Source: Obrimoposthia wandeli
Lineage: Eukaryota
Length of the DNA stretch: 64,000 bases
Direction: 5' to 3'
NCBI GenBank assembly: GCA_977020255.1
Contig: CDROCS010003649.1
Span: 62,001 to 126,000, forward strand
Shown: one piece after another, positions 29,701-39,955 of the stretch
How positions within the stretch are numbered: position 1 is the stretch's first letter
Layout of the letters: each line of letters starts with the position of its first letter
Notes under the pieces: model-generated
Told to the model about the DNA's origin: nothing
What the model saw: only the letters and a program-made list of their open reading frames with translations
Databases searched by the model: none
Position numbers and translations under genes: made by a program

Positions 29701-29738
29701 AAACCCATCAACATTAGGTCGCTAATATTGATGGGTTT
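29701..29738 (+). terminator. Terminator after the symporter
   Basis: aaacccatcaacattag-gtcg-ctaatattgatgggttt. Confidence 0.75.
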
Positions 29739-29867
29739 ATTATCGATAACAAACAAGTTCGCGACCCAGAAAGTACATAGGCAACTACTGCCATTTTTTG
29801 GGTTCCACTTATGAAATCCATGAATCGTATGTAACGTCTTAAACAAATTGTATTTTATGGACTAAGT

Positions 29868-31103
29868 ATGCGAAGTTATAATAAATATATGTTCATTAAA
29901 AAAAATAATGTTGTTCATCCAGTAGTTGTTATTATTAGCATTCTACTTATAGCGAGCTGTCTTCGTGGGCCTATAACAAGTATTGCCCCAATTTTAAATA
30001 CTATATCGAACAATCTAACATTATCAGCAACAGAAGCAGGAATGCTTACGACACTACCACTCATTATCTTTGCTTTGTTTTCACCTCTAGCATCTAAATT
30101 GGCTCGAGAAATAGGCCTTGAGTCATCTTTAATGCTGGCTTTATTTACCATTGCGATTGGTATTTCAATACGCTCCGTAGGCTCAGTTTTTACTTTGTAC
30201 TTAGGGACCTCTGTCATCGGTATTGGCACTGCGATAGGTAATGTATTACTGCCTAGCTTTCTGAAACGTGACTTTCCTCATAAGCTCCCAACGTTAACTG
30301 CCACTTATGCATTAACTATGGGTATTGTCGCCACATTATGTGTAACGACCATGATACCAATGCTTAATCTAGCGGATAGCCTAAATATTACGATTATTCC
30401 AAATTGGGCATTCGCATTAACAGGAACGATCATACTGCCAATAATCGCTATTTTAATTTTGTTACCGCAACTATTTCATCAAACCAAGCCAGCTTCAGAG
30501 ATCCACAAAATAAGTAATAATAGTTATATCTGGTATTCTGCTGCGGCTTGGCAAGTTTCTGGTTTTTTAGCTTTTAACTCATTCATTCTATATGCGTTCA
30601 TTGCTTGGTTGCCAAGCATCTTAGTGAGTTATAACTATTCAGCTCATCAAGCAGGTTACATTCATGGCATTTTTCAATTAGCCTCAGCGGTTCCGGCCAT
30701 CGCATTAATCCCATTAATGGCGAAAGTCAAAGATAAGCGCCAGTTGAGTGTAATCATTACTCTACTTGCATTCATTGGAATAATAGGATTACTCTCGATG
30801 CATCAGCACGCTATTGTTTGGGTGTCTTTACTTGGGTTTAGCTGTGGTGGCGGATTTATTCTTGGATTATCATTTGTTGGATCATGTAGTCATAATGCTA
30901 ATCAGGCTGCTGCATTATCTGGTATGGCGCAATGTGTTGCTTACTTATTTGCAGCTACGGGGCCAATTATTTTCGGCTCATTATATGAAGTAACAAATAG
31001 TTGGGATATTCCATTAATACTTACTATAGGCATAAGTATTATTTGGGCTTATTTAGCAACTCAAGTAGGAAGAGCAATTTTGCATGCACCTTCCCTACAA
31101 TAA
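29868..31103 (+). CDS. MFS transporter, CynX/YeaN(NimT) family
   Basis: ASCLRGPITSIAP, GNVLLPSFLKRDFP, AAALSGMAQCVAYL motifs; about 12 TMs. Confidence 0.88.
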   Translation: MRSYNKYMFIKKNNVVHPVVVIISILLIASCLRGPITSIAPILNTISNNLTLSATEAGMLTTLPLIIFALFSPLASKLAREIGLESSLMLALFTIAIGISIRSVGSVFTLYLGTSVIGIGTAIGNVLLPSFLKRDFPHKLPTLTATYALTMGIVATLCVTTMIPMLNLADSLNITIIPNWAFALTGTIILPIIAILILLPQLFHQTKPASEIHKISNNSYIWYSAAAWQVSGFLAFNSFILYAFIAWLPSILVSYNYSAHQAGYIHGIFQLASAVPAIALIPLMAKVKDKRQLSVIITLLAFIGIIGLLSMHQHAIVWVSLLGFSCGGGFILGLSFVGSCSHNANQAAALSGMAQCVAYLFAATGPIIFGSLYEVTNSWDIPLILTIGISIIWAYLATQVGRAILHAPSLQ

Positions 31104-31273
31104 TACACAGACCTCTAACCGTCTCAGGAATCATAGTCCAAATTAAAACTAAAATCAGGCCTAATATCTAAGTCTGATATACACACATACAATAAAGCGT
31201 CTATCACATTTATCTTGAATTTAAGGTACACTCCTTCGCCTATCATATTTGTGTTTTAACGAGTTTCGAACCT

Positions 31274-32221
31274 ATGTCTACTGTCCGCGCTGCCCATGCA
31301 TCTCATATCGTATTACCAGAACACGTAACAGATAAGCCCACTGTATTTAGTTTTCTAAGCGATCACTTTAAACAGATTGATGCTTCGGTCTGGCAGCAGC
31401 GTATCATCGATGGCAAAGTACATTGGCGGGACGGTCGTTTAATTACCCTAGATTGTGCATATGTGCCACGAGAACGCGTGTATTATTACCGTGAAGTGGC
31501 TGTTGAGAAGAAGGTGCCTTTTGCCGAAAGCGTTATTTACGAAGACGACAACATCATCGTTGCTTATAAGCCTCATTTTTTAGCAGTAAGTCCTAGCGGT
31601 CAATTCGTGAATGAGTGTCTGGTTAACCGTCTAAGAATAAAAACAGGTATCGAAACACTGGTAACAGCGCATCGTCTTGACCGCGCCACAGCAGGACTCA
31701 TGCTGCTATGTAAAATCTCTGAGCAACGTAGTATCTACCATGACTTATTCAAACATGGCAATATCACCAAACACTACCACGCTATCGCTCGATTAACACC
31801 CGAGTTAAAACAACAGCATGATGAAGACAATCTGCAGCTACCGCTTAACTGGACAGTGAAGAACAGAATTGTTAAAGGCGATCCCACATTCACAATGCAG
31901 ATCGTAGAGGGGGAAGCAAACAGTCACTCGACCATCGAATTAATTGCTATTAAAGGGGAGTTTGGGTTATTCAAATTGTCGCCAATCACAGGCAAGACCC
32001 ACCAACTGCGTTTACATATGACCAGTTTAGGCATGCCATTGGTGAATGATCGCTTATATCCAACGCTGTTAGACCGATGCGACGATAACTTTCAGCAGCC
32101 CTTGCAGCTATTAGCCCAACAACTGAAATTTACCGATCCGGTCACGGGCATTGAACATGACATAACGACGAAAGCACTTGATATTAATGCGCTAATTAAT
32201 GGGACCGTCGATATTATCTAA
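31274..32221 (+). CDS. RluA-family pseudouridine synthase
   Basis: AYKPHFL, HRLDRATAG catalytic Asp, TGKTHQLRLH. Confidence 0.92.
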   Translation: MSTVRAAHASHIVLPEHVTDKPTVFSFLSDHFKQIDASVWQQRIIDGKVHWRDGRLITLDCAYVPRERVYYYREVAVEKKVPFAESVIYEDDNIIVAYKPHFLAVSPSGQFVNECLVNRLRIKTGIETLVTAHRLDRATAGLMLLCKISEQRSIYHDLFKHGNITKHYHAIARLTPELKQQHDEDNLQLPLNWTVKNRIVKGDPTFTMQIVEGEANSHSTIELIAIKGEFGLFKLSPITGKTHQLRLHMTSLGMPLVNDRLYPTLLDRCDDNFQQPLQLLAQQLKFTDPVTGIEHDITTKALDINALINGTVDII

Positions 32222-32626
32222 TTAGTTTACAGTGGAGTTTAAACCTTTCGCCTCTCTGGCTTTCTCTAAGCAACGAGATATTTTCATTTTAGAGACAGGT
32301 TTAACGAGATAATCAGTCGGCTGGAGTCTAATCACTTGCTTAACAGTGTTGATATTATTCTCACCCGTGACAATAAAAACAGGGGTGTTTTGTTGCTGTT
32401 TACGGACATACTCTAATACTTTTAAACCGTCGAGTTCTTCACGTAGGTTAAGATCTAGAAAGATATAATCAAATTGTTGTTTTGATAATAAATTCAGTGC
32501 CAGTGGGACATTATCCGCATACGTGACATTATCGCTATCCGCGTAGCATTCAATCGAAATCTTACGTACTAGCTGCGCAATTATTTGTACGATAACCTTA
32601 CTATCTTCAACAATCAGACATCTCAT
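32222..32626 (-). CDS. Single-domain response regulator (receiver only)
   Basis: CLIVED, FLDLNL phospho-Asp, VTG, YLVKP. Confidence 0.88.
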   Translation of the reverse strand: MRCLIVEDSKVIVQIIAQLVRKISIECYADSDNVTYADNVPLALNLLSKQQFDYIFLDLNLREELDGLKVLEYVRKQQQNTPVFIVTGENNINTVKQVIRLQPTDYLVKPVSKMKISRCLEKAREAKGLNSTVN

Positions 32627-32719
32627 TACTACCTCTTTTTGATTGTTATCAGAACATTAGCTCAGTATAGGTGCAAGTCAGTTAAAATGGGCTTTAATCT
32701 ACGCTATTTAATTCGAAAA

Positions 32720-32735
32720 TATGAAACTGATCACA
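32720..32735. promoter_or_regulatory. Candidate CRP site upstream of the receiver gene
   Basis: TATGA-aactga-TCACA. Confidence 0.4.
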
Positions 32736-32867
32736 TTTAAAATCAACATCTTAATGCTTTAAGCATAGCCCATATACTTTGCTTATTAAAAATCAATTAA
32801 ATAATATAAAAACGAATAAATCGACAGGCCTTCGACTGCAGAAGACCTGTACTAAACAGCAGATGAA

Positions 32868-34304
32868 TTATGCTTTAGTAATGGCTGGCGTTTGTAGTAA
32901 TCGATGCACAACAAGCATGCACATCGCCGAAATAAATAATGCTGGCACAATCGGATGGACGCCAAACATGGCAGGTTTAAACCATAGCAACAGTAAATAA
33001 CTAACAAGGCCACTGAGCATCGCCGCTAAAGCCGCATTACCTGCAATTTGTGGCCAATATAATCCAGCTAAAATAGGCCATAAGAATACCGCCTGTAATG
33101 CACCAAACGCAGCAAGGTTAAGCCATACGATCATACTAGGTGGCTCAATAGCACAATAGGTCGCAATGAGCGTTACCAGCACCATCGCTACACGCGTCAA
33201 ACTTACTTGCGCGTTAGCCGTTAATGATGGATAACAACGAACAACACCATCTCGCACCAGACTAACAGCAGATTGCAGCAACATTGAATCGACCGATGAC
33301 ATAACTGCGGCTATCGGTGCAGCTAATAATACGCCAGCCCAGAACGGGTCAAAAAGACCTGTAATCAATGTTGGCATTATCTCATCTGGTACAGTCAAAT
33401 CAGGATATAAAGCCCGACCTAATACACCACTTAAATGCGGTATCAGAGTCATTAAGAAACTAATAATCGTTCCCCAGATCATGCCTCTCTTTAGTGCATT
33501 AGTATCTTTCACTGCCAATAAACGCACTACCGTATGTGGTAATCCTAAGGTGCCAAAACAAATTAACATCCAAAACGACAGCATCATTGGCCAACCTAGT
33601 TGCCCATTATTACCTTGTGGACTTAATAATGTCGGCGATTGGGTGCTCACTTCTGTCATTAATGCGGTTAAACCACCTTGCGATAATAAGGTGATAAAAA
33701 TGACTAATACACCAATAATCATCAAGATACCTTGAAACGCATCCGTGATCACGACAGCACGAAAGCCACCGGTCAGCGTATACGCTAGTACCGTGATAAC
33801 AAATAATCCCAAACCGAGCTCATAACTGATACCACTCACGCCCGAGAATAAACGGGCACCACCAATGAACTGTACCGATATCATCGCAATAAAACCGACG
33901 ACTAGGCTGACCAAGGCTAATTTAGTTAACCAACTGTTTTGATAACGCGCGTCCAACCATTCAATCAAGGTAGCGTGCTCAGCTTTACGCTGCGCGAGTA
34001 GTTTGGGACCTAGAACACCTAAAGTGAGCATAGCAACAGGTACTTGGATCAACGCCAACCAGACCCAACCTAAACCAATTTTATACGCGGCGCCGGGGCC
34101 ACCAATAAATGAACTTGCACTGGTATAGGTAGCTACTAACGTCAGAGCTAATAAAGGGCCATTAAGAAAACGTCCACCAATAAAAAAGCGTTTAGCTTTG
34201 TCTTGATATAACTCCCCAGCTTGTTTTGATTGACGGGCACTCCACCAACGTGTGATCAGTAAACTAGCGATAAGGTAGATAAAAATAGGAATGAGATTAG
34301 TCAT
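32868..34304 (-). CDS. panF: Sodium/pantothenate symporter PanF-like
   Basis: TYTSASSFIGGPGAAYKIGLGW and GLPHTVVR motifs; follows yhdT. Confidence 0.85.
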   Translation of the reverse strand: MTNLIPIFIYLIASLLITRWWSARQSKQAGELYQDKAKRFFIGGRFLNGPLLALTLVATYTSASSFIGGPGAAYKIGLGWVWLALIQVPVAMLTLGVLGPKLLAQRKAEHATLIEWLDARYQNSWLTKLALVSLVVGFIAMISVQFIGGARLFSGVSGISYELGLGLFVITVLAYTLTGGFRAVVITDAFQGILMIIGVLVIFITLLSQGGLTALMTEVSTQSPTLLSPQGNNGQLGWPMMLSFWMLICFGTLGLPHTVVRLLAVKDTNALKRGMIWGTIISFLMTLIPHLSGVLGRALYPDLTVPDEIMPTLITGLFDPFWAGVLLAAPIAAVMSSVDSMLLQSAVSLVRDGVVRCYPSLTANAQVSLTRVAMVLVTLIATYCAIEPPSMIVWLNLAAFGALQAVFLWPILAGLYWPQIAGNAALAAMLSGLVSYLLLLWFKPAMFGVHPIVPALFISAMCMLVVHRLLQTPAITKA

Positions 34305-34491
34305 GATAAGTAGATTTAATCATTAGAATAAGAAAAAAGATAAGCAATAAAGGTGCAAACAGGCAAGAGAACCAAAACCAAATAGGCAGTCCCCACCAAT
34401 TACCTTGGTCTGCTAGTAATAGCGGCCCTGCACACCACAGAACGAAGTAGCCTAATGTCAGTAACAAGGATTTTGTTGAAATTAAGTGCAT
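34297..34491 (-). CDS. yhdT: YhdT/DUF997 small membrane protein
   Basis: GLPIWFWFSCLFAP motif; overlaps the panF start. Confidence 0.8.
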   Translation of the reverse strand: MHLISTKSLLLTLGYFVLWCAGPLLLADQGNWWGLPIWFWFSCLFAPLLLIFFLILMIKSTYHD

Positions 34492-34658
34492 AGTTAAGCC
34501 TAAAATAAATATGGCCTAGAATATAACGCATCGGAATAGAGAAATAACTCTAATCAGATGAATGCCCTAGCCGTTTTAGTGTTTTAAGCTGAATTATATC
34601 GCGATAATACCAGTACATCCAAATAATGTTTTATTAAAAAATAACAGGTGATATTTTA

Positions 34659-35243
34659 TTATACGACGGATTCGTCAAATGAAATTAGCGTATCGCCAAT
34701 AATAGAATCAATATCATCAATATAAACCCCCGCACCATAAGTCCAACCCCATGCAGAAAAGCGTTTGCTGTATGAGATCTTACGTACCGTTTCACCACCA
34801 ATAAATAATGGGAAACAATAACTGACAAAGGTACCTTCGATGAGTTTACCGGCTTGTTCGTGGATTATTTGGTAGGTGAAATGACCGTCCGAATCTTGCA
34901 GCATTTTGACATTTTCGTGTTCACTATCGAGACCACCTAAAGACGCGAGGAGCGTATAATTATCATCGAACACAAAAATATAATTATCATCCAATAAAAT
35001 AACACGCTTTAAGGCCTGCTTTTGAGCGTCATCAAGTGATAATACACCAGATTGATAATACAGATTATAACGCTGAAAAATTGCTTCAGTTTTATCGATG
35101 ATATTAACTAAACGTGATTTTCGTTCAGTAAGTATTTCTCCGCGCAATATAGATAAATAACCCAAAGCGATAGACATCAGGCTCATAACGCTAACGACAA
35201 TAACGATAGTGATTTTATAGGTAACAGAATAACGACGGCACAT
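34659..35243 (-). CDS. Stand-alone single Cache (sCache_2-like) domain protein with one N-terminal TM
   Basis: LDDAQKQAL, YIFVFD, QDSDGHF, KISYSKRFSAWGWTYGAGVYIDDI; no cytoplasmic domain. Confidence 0.75.
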   Translation of the reverse strand: MCRRYSVTYKITIVIVVSVMSLMSIALGYLSILRGEILTERKSRLVNIIDKTEAIFQRYNLYYQSGVLSLDDAQKQALKRVILLDDNYIFVFDDNYTLLASLGGLDSEHENVKMLQDSDGHFTYQIIHEQAGKLIEGTFVSYCFPLFIGGETVRKISYSKRFSAWGWTYGAGVYIDDIDSIIGDTLISFDESVV

Positions 35244-35484
35244 GACGGCCTCTACAACACAACAAAAGAACGTGACGGCATGCTAACACAAAAAAACATA
35301 AACGACTGTAAACAATGACAAAACTACAATAAAAATCTACTTTAATAGCAGTTATACTATCCATCAATCCATTGTATATATTTATAGCTTTATTTTATTT
35401 ATAAGATTGTAATCAGTTTCGGCAGGAAATTAACGATAAACATACAACTGCAGCCCATCGTTAATAATTTTCGATCAAAAGACC

Positions 35485-35889
35485 TTATTTAGCTACAATT
35501 TCATAGCTAGACGTAATTTCTGCGGCCTTCTCGAGCATTTTAGCAACAGAGCAATATTTCTCCATCGATAACTCAACAGCACGTTTTACTTTTTTCTCAT
35601 TTAGGTCTTCACCAGAGACAATAAAATGCGCATTAATTTTAGTAAATACACGCGGTGGTTCTTCGGCTCTTTCACTGGTTAAATCAACCTCACAACCAAG
35701 GATGTTTTGACGACCCGTTTTAAGAATATCAACCACATCAATAGAGCTGCACGCGCCCATTCCCATCAGTACAACTTCCATTGGGCTTGCCGCAATACCG
35801 TTACGATCACCGTCCATTAACAGGCCGTGACCCGTTTCTGACGTACCCATTAATTGCATTTCTTGGATCCACTTCACATTTGCTTTCAT
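35485..35889 (-). CDS. yhfA: OsmC-family protein YhfA
   Basis: SPMEVVLMGMGACSSIDVV and KYCSVAKM; divergent from crp. Confidence 0.92.
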   Translation of the reverse strand: MKANVKWIQEMQLMGTSETGHGLLMDGDRNGIAASPMEVVLMGMGACSSIDVVDILKTGRQNILGCEVDLTSERAEEPPRVFTKINAHFIVSGEDLNEKKVKRAVELSMEKYCSVAKMLEKAAEITSSYEIVAK

Positions 35890-36173
35890 AAAATACCTAG
35901 TTTATGTCTAATTCAAAGGAATTGAACAATATTAAATACCTAAATAATGGTATAACACTGTCTCATATCCCAAATATAGTCTAAAGTCACAAATAAACAG
36001 CAAGTCAATATTCAAAAAATGATATATTCACGTTGATATTGAACTCAGATCAACTCAGTTCTTGCTTATTAGTGTTATTGTCTCTTATGCTATCAAGTCA
36101 TTAATAATAATAAAATTAAAATATCGCAATACGGACATAATTTGCGATTATAATAACTTACAGAGGAATACCC

Positions 36174-36815
36174 ATGGTTGTTATCGGCAAGCCACAATCC
36201 GACCCTACTTTAGAATGGTTCTTATCTCATTGCCATATTCACAAGTACCCTTCAAAAAGTACTTTGATCCATGCTGGAGAAAAAGCAGAAACTTTATATT
36301 TTATCGTTAAAGGTTCTGTGGCCGTTCTAATCAAGGACGAAGAAGGTAAAGAAATGATTCTTTCTTACCTAAATCAAGGTGACTTCATGGGTGAATTAGG
36401 CCTATTTGAAGATACTGAAGAACCTGTGCGTAGCGCATGGATCCGAGCTAAGTCACCATGTGAAGTAGCTGAGATTTCATATAAGAAATTCCGTCAGTTA
36501 ATCCAAGTTAACCCTGAAATTCTAATGCGTCTATCAGGACAAATGGCAGAACGTTTACAAACGACAAGCCAAAAAGTGGGCGATCTAGCATTCCTAGACG
36601 TTACAGGCCGTATTGCACAAACATTACTAAGCTTAGCAAAACAGCCTGACGCAATGACTCACCCAGACGGTATGCAAATTAAAATTACGCGTCAAGAAAT
36701 TGGTCAGATCGTGGGTTGCTCACGTGAAACTGTTGGCCGTATCTTGAAGATGCTTGAAGAACAAGAGCTTATTTCAGCTCATGGTAAAACGATTGTGGTA
36801 TTTGGCACTCGCTAA
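36174..36815 (+). CDS. crp: cAMP receptor protein
   Basis: [22 protein letters not shown]...[21 protein letters not shown]. Confidence 0.99.
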   Translation: MVVIGKPQSDPTLEWFLSHCHIHKYPSKSTLIHAGEKAETLYFIVKGSVAVLIKDEEGKEMILSYLNQGDFMGELGLFEDTEEPVRSAWIRAKSPCEVAEISYKKFRQLIQVNPEILMRLSGQMAERLQTTSQKVGDLAFLDVTGRIAQTLLSLAKQPDAMTHPDGMQIKITRQEIGQIVGCSRETVGRILKMLEEQELISAHGKTIVVFGTR

Positions 36816-36838
36816 TTCAATCATTTTATTAAGCTAAT

Positions 36839-36882
36839 AAAAAAGCGCCTGACATGTTATTAACAAGTCAGGCGCCTTTTTT
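36839..36882 (+). terminator. Terminator after crp, probably bidirectional
   Basis: aaaaaagcgcctgac...gtcaggcgcctttttt. Confidence 0.75.
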
Positions 36883-36911
36883 ATTCACGACCGTTTATTC
36901 GTTCGCGTATA

Positions 36912-37778
36912 TTATGATTTCTGTAATCGTTTAATTAATACAGAGGTATCACTACGCTGCTCACCAGCATCTTGTAATTCAGCATAAAACCCATCGACTA
37001 ATTTAGCAATCGGTACCAAAGAGCCATTACGCTCAGCCTCTTCAAAACAAATACCCAGATCTTTTCGCATCCAATCGATAGCAAAACCAAAATCAAACTT
37101 ACCTTCAGCCATGGTTAAGGTACGATTCTCTAACTGCCAAGACTGTGCAGCACCATTGCGTAATACATCCAGTACCACATGTTCGTCTAAGCCTGCATTT
37201 TTGGCAAAATTAATACCTTCAGCTAAACCTTGTACCAAACCCGCTATGCACAGTTGATTAACCATTTTACATTTCTGTCCGGCGCCTACATCACCAACTA
37301 AGGTAACTTTCTTCGCCATGATATCCAACACAGGCAAAGCACGCTGATATATGCTGGATTCACCACCCGTCATAATCGTTAACAGGGCATTCTCAGCACC
37401 CGCTTGTCCACCCGACACTGGCGCATCTAGAAAATGAATATTGGATTTTAGACAAGCAGCTGATAACTCTTCGGCTAATAATGCCGATGTAGTGGTATGA
37501 TCGATCAGTATCGTATCGGCTTTCATTGCTGACAATACGCCATCATCACCGTAAACAACGCTACGCACGTCATCATCATTACCAACACACATAAGTACTA
37601 AATCAGCATTGATTGCAGCGAGATGCGGTGTAGAGGCACGTTCACCGCTATATTTATCCACCCACACAGCAGCTTTATTCTCTGTGCGGTTAAATACCAC
37701 AACGTCATGCCCAGCATTCTGCAGATGACCAGCCATTGGATAACCCATTGCACCCAAACCAATAAATGCTATTTTCAT
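36912..37778 (-). CDS. NAD(P)-dependent beta-hydroxyacid dehydrogenase (3-hydroxyisobutyrate dehydrogenase family)
   Basis: FIGLGAMG, DAPVSGG, KMVNQ, FAIDWMRKDL. Confidence 0.9.
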   Translation of the reverse strand: MKIAFIGLGAMGYPMAGHLQNAGHDVVVFNRTENKAAVWVDKYSGERASTPHLAAINADLVLMCVGNDDDVRSVVYGDDGVLSAMKADTILIDHTTTSALLAEELSAACLKSNIHFLDAPVSGGQAGAENALLTIMTGGESSIYQRALPVLDIMAKKVTLVGDVGAGQKCKMVNQLCIAGLVQGLAEGINFAKNAGLDEHVVLDVLRNGAAQSWQLENRTLTMAEGKFDFGFAIDWMRKDLGICFEEAERNGSLVPIAKLVDGFYAELQDAGEQRSDTSVLIKRLQKS

Positions 37779-37823
37779 TTTCTATTCCACCTTATTCCAC
37801 GTCATTTATAATGACGTTCTAAG

Positions 37824-39044
37824 TTAAGCTGCTAACCATTTTTCAATCGCTAAATTCAATTTTTTCATCCCAGTATGAATATCTTTCTCTGAAATATTCA
37901 GCGCTGGTGTGAAACGTAATACATTCGTGCCAGCGACTAAGATTAACAAGCCAGCTTGAGCTGCGTGATTCATGATCGCGATGGCCTGACCTTGATATTG
38001 TTCCGTTAATTCAGCACCTAACAATAGACCTTCACCACGAATATCAGAGAAAATAGCATATTGGTCATTTATCTGCGCTAAAGCCTCTTTGAACAAGGTC
38101 GATTTGACTTTAACTTGCGCTAGAAAATCGGCATCACTAATAGTATCAACAACAACTTCAGCAACGCTACAAGCAAGTGGGTTACCGCCATAAGTACTGC
38201 CATGCGTCCCAACACTCAGACTCTTAGCAATGCGATCTGTCGTTAGCATCGCGGCAATAGGAAAACCTGCACCAAGCCCTTTTGCCGACGTTAAGATATC
38301 AGGTTTAATATCAGTGTGTTGGTAAGCATAAAAACTGCCCGTACGACCAACGCCTGTTTGTACTTCATCAAATATCAGCAGCGCATTGTATTTATCACAC
38401 AACGCACGAACACCAATCATAAATTGCTGACTAGCGGCATGGATCCCGCCTTCACCTTGTAAAGGTTCCATCATAATAGCGCAGGTTTTATCACTCATAA
38501 GCGATTCTAAAGCAGCTAAATCATTAAAATCAACATGGTCAATAGCACCCGGTTTAGGACCAAAACCATCAGAATAAGACGATTGACCACCAACGGTTAC
38601 GGTGAAGAAAGTTCTGCCATGAAAGCCTTGATTAAATGCGATGATCTGATCTTTACCTTCACCAAATTTATCTAGCGCATAACGGCGAGCTAATTTTAAA
38701 GCCGCTTCATTAGCTTCAGCGCCAGAATTGGCAAAAAATACTTTATCTGCAAACGTCAAATTCGTCAGTTTACCGGCAAGCCTTAACGCGGGTTCATTCG
38801 TCAATAAGTTACTCACATGCCATAGTTGCTGACTTTGCTTTTGTAGGGTTTTAACTAAAGGAGGGTAACAATGGCCTAAACAACTGACAGCAATACCTGC
38901 AGCAAAATCAATGTACTCATTGTCATCTTGATCCCAAACACGTGAACCTTGACCTCGTACAGGGATCATCGCTGCCGGAGCATAGTTTGGCACCATGACA
39001 TTATCAAAATCTTCCCGAGTCACACCTGTTACGTTCTTGGTCAT
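37824..39044 (-). CDS. argD: Acetylornithine/succinylornithine aminotransferase (class III PLP)
   Basis: [42 protein letters not shown]; ARG box upstream; could equally be annotated astC. Confidence 0.85.
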   Translation of the reverse strand: MTKNVTGVTREDFDNVMVPNYAPAAMIPVRGQGSRVWDQDDNEYIDFAAGIAVSCLGHCYPPLVKTLQKQSQQLWHVSNLLTNEPALRLAGKLTNLTFADKVFFANSGAEANEAALKLARRYALDKFGEGKDQIIAFNQGFHGRTFFTVTVGGQSSYSDGFGPKPGAIDHVDFNDLAALESLMSDKTCAIMMEPLQGEGGIHAASQQFMIGVRALCDKYNALLIFDEVQTGVGRTGSFYAYQHTDIKPDILTSAKGLGAGFPIAAMLTTDRIAKSLSVGTHGSTYGGNPLACSVAEVVVDTISDADFLAQVKVKSTLFKEALAQINDQYAIFSDIRGEGLLLGAELTEQYQGQAIAIMNHAAQAGLLILVAGTNVLRFTPALNISEKDIHTGMKKLNLAIEKWLAA

Positions 39045-39097
39045 ATTCCTTCCCTCTTAATAAACATCAATGTCTAAATAATTAAACGCCAGTAAAC

Positions 39098-39115
39098 AGC
39101 GAATATATATTCACT
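39098..39115. promoter_or_regulatory. ARG box (ArgR site)
   Basis: Minus strand agtgaatatatattcgct fits WNTGAATAWWWATTCANW. Confidence 0.65.
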
Positions 39116-39193
39116 ATATATAGATATTTAATCAAAGGTCAAGTCCAATATGTCATAACAGCGTAGAAAACTGATTAATATTTTAAGATCTAA

Positions 39194-39775
39194 TTAATGC
39201 CTTAAGAGAAAATTATTTAATAGCTCCTTTCCCTGCTCAGTCAAAATGCTTTCAGGATGAAACTGTACGCCTTCTAAAGCCAAATATTTATGCTTAAACG
39301 CCATTATTTCATCAAATTCACCATTATTATTTTCAGTCCAAGCGGTGATTTCAAATTCGTCACTGAGAGTCAGCGTTTCGACGATTAAAGAGTGATAACG
39401 AGTAACTGTTAACGGATTCTTTAATCCAGTAAAAACGCCCTTACCGTTATGTTTTATCTCTGAGGTTTTTCCATGCATTACTTTTTTGGCTTTAATGACA
39501 TTTGCACCAAAAACTTGCGCGATAGACTGATGACCCAAACACACACCTAAAATGGGAATTGAACCAGCAAACTGCGCTATAACTGATAATGAAATACCAG
39601 CATCATTGGGGGTGCACGGACCAGGAGATATAACGAGATAATCAGGAGATAATGCAGCTATTTGCGCTAGTGATATTTCGTCATTGCGTTTAACGACAAC
39701 CTCTTGTCCAAGTTCAGAGAAGTACTGAAATAAATTAAACGTAAAACTATCGTAATTATCGATAATAAGTAACAT
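39194..39775 (-). CDS. pabA: Aminodeoxychorismate synthase component II
   Basis: [28 protein letters not shown]; pabA-argD order. Confidence 0.92.
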   Translation of the reverse strand: MLLIIDNYDSFTFNLFQYFSELGQEVVVKRNDEISLAQIAALSPDYLVISPGPCTPNDAGISLSVIAQFAGSIPILGVCLGHQSIAQVFGANVIKAKKVMHGKTSEIKHNGKGVFTGLKNPLTVTRYHSLIVETLTLSDEFEITAWTENNNGEFDEIMAFKHKYLALEGVQFHPESILTEQGKELLNNFLLRH

Positions 39776-39955
39776 GAAAGATTAAAATTCTAATGAGGAA
39801 ACTGAGCGAATAATATCATAGCTAGAAATTGGTTTCTAATAATGAGTATTTGTAATAAACCTATACCCGTTAAATATTATTTACATTTAAGGAAAAAACA
39901 AAAAAGCCCAGCAAATGCTGAGCCCTTTAATTAATAAATAATGATTAATTTTTCT

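Noticed and set aside
18643-31200. The island as an integrative or mobile element at tRNA-Ile2
   Set aside because: No integrase or transposase, and I could not find a repeat of the tRNA 3' end at the far side; at most an old, fixed acquisition
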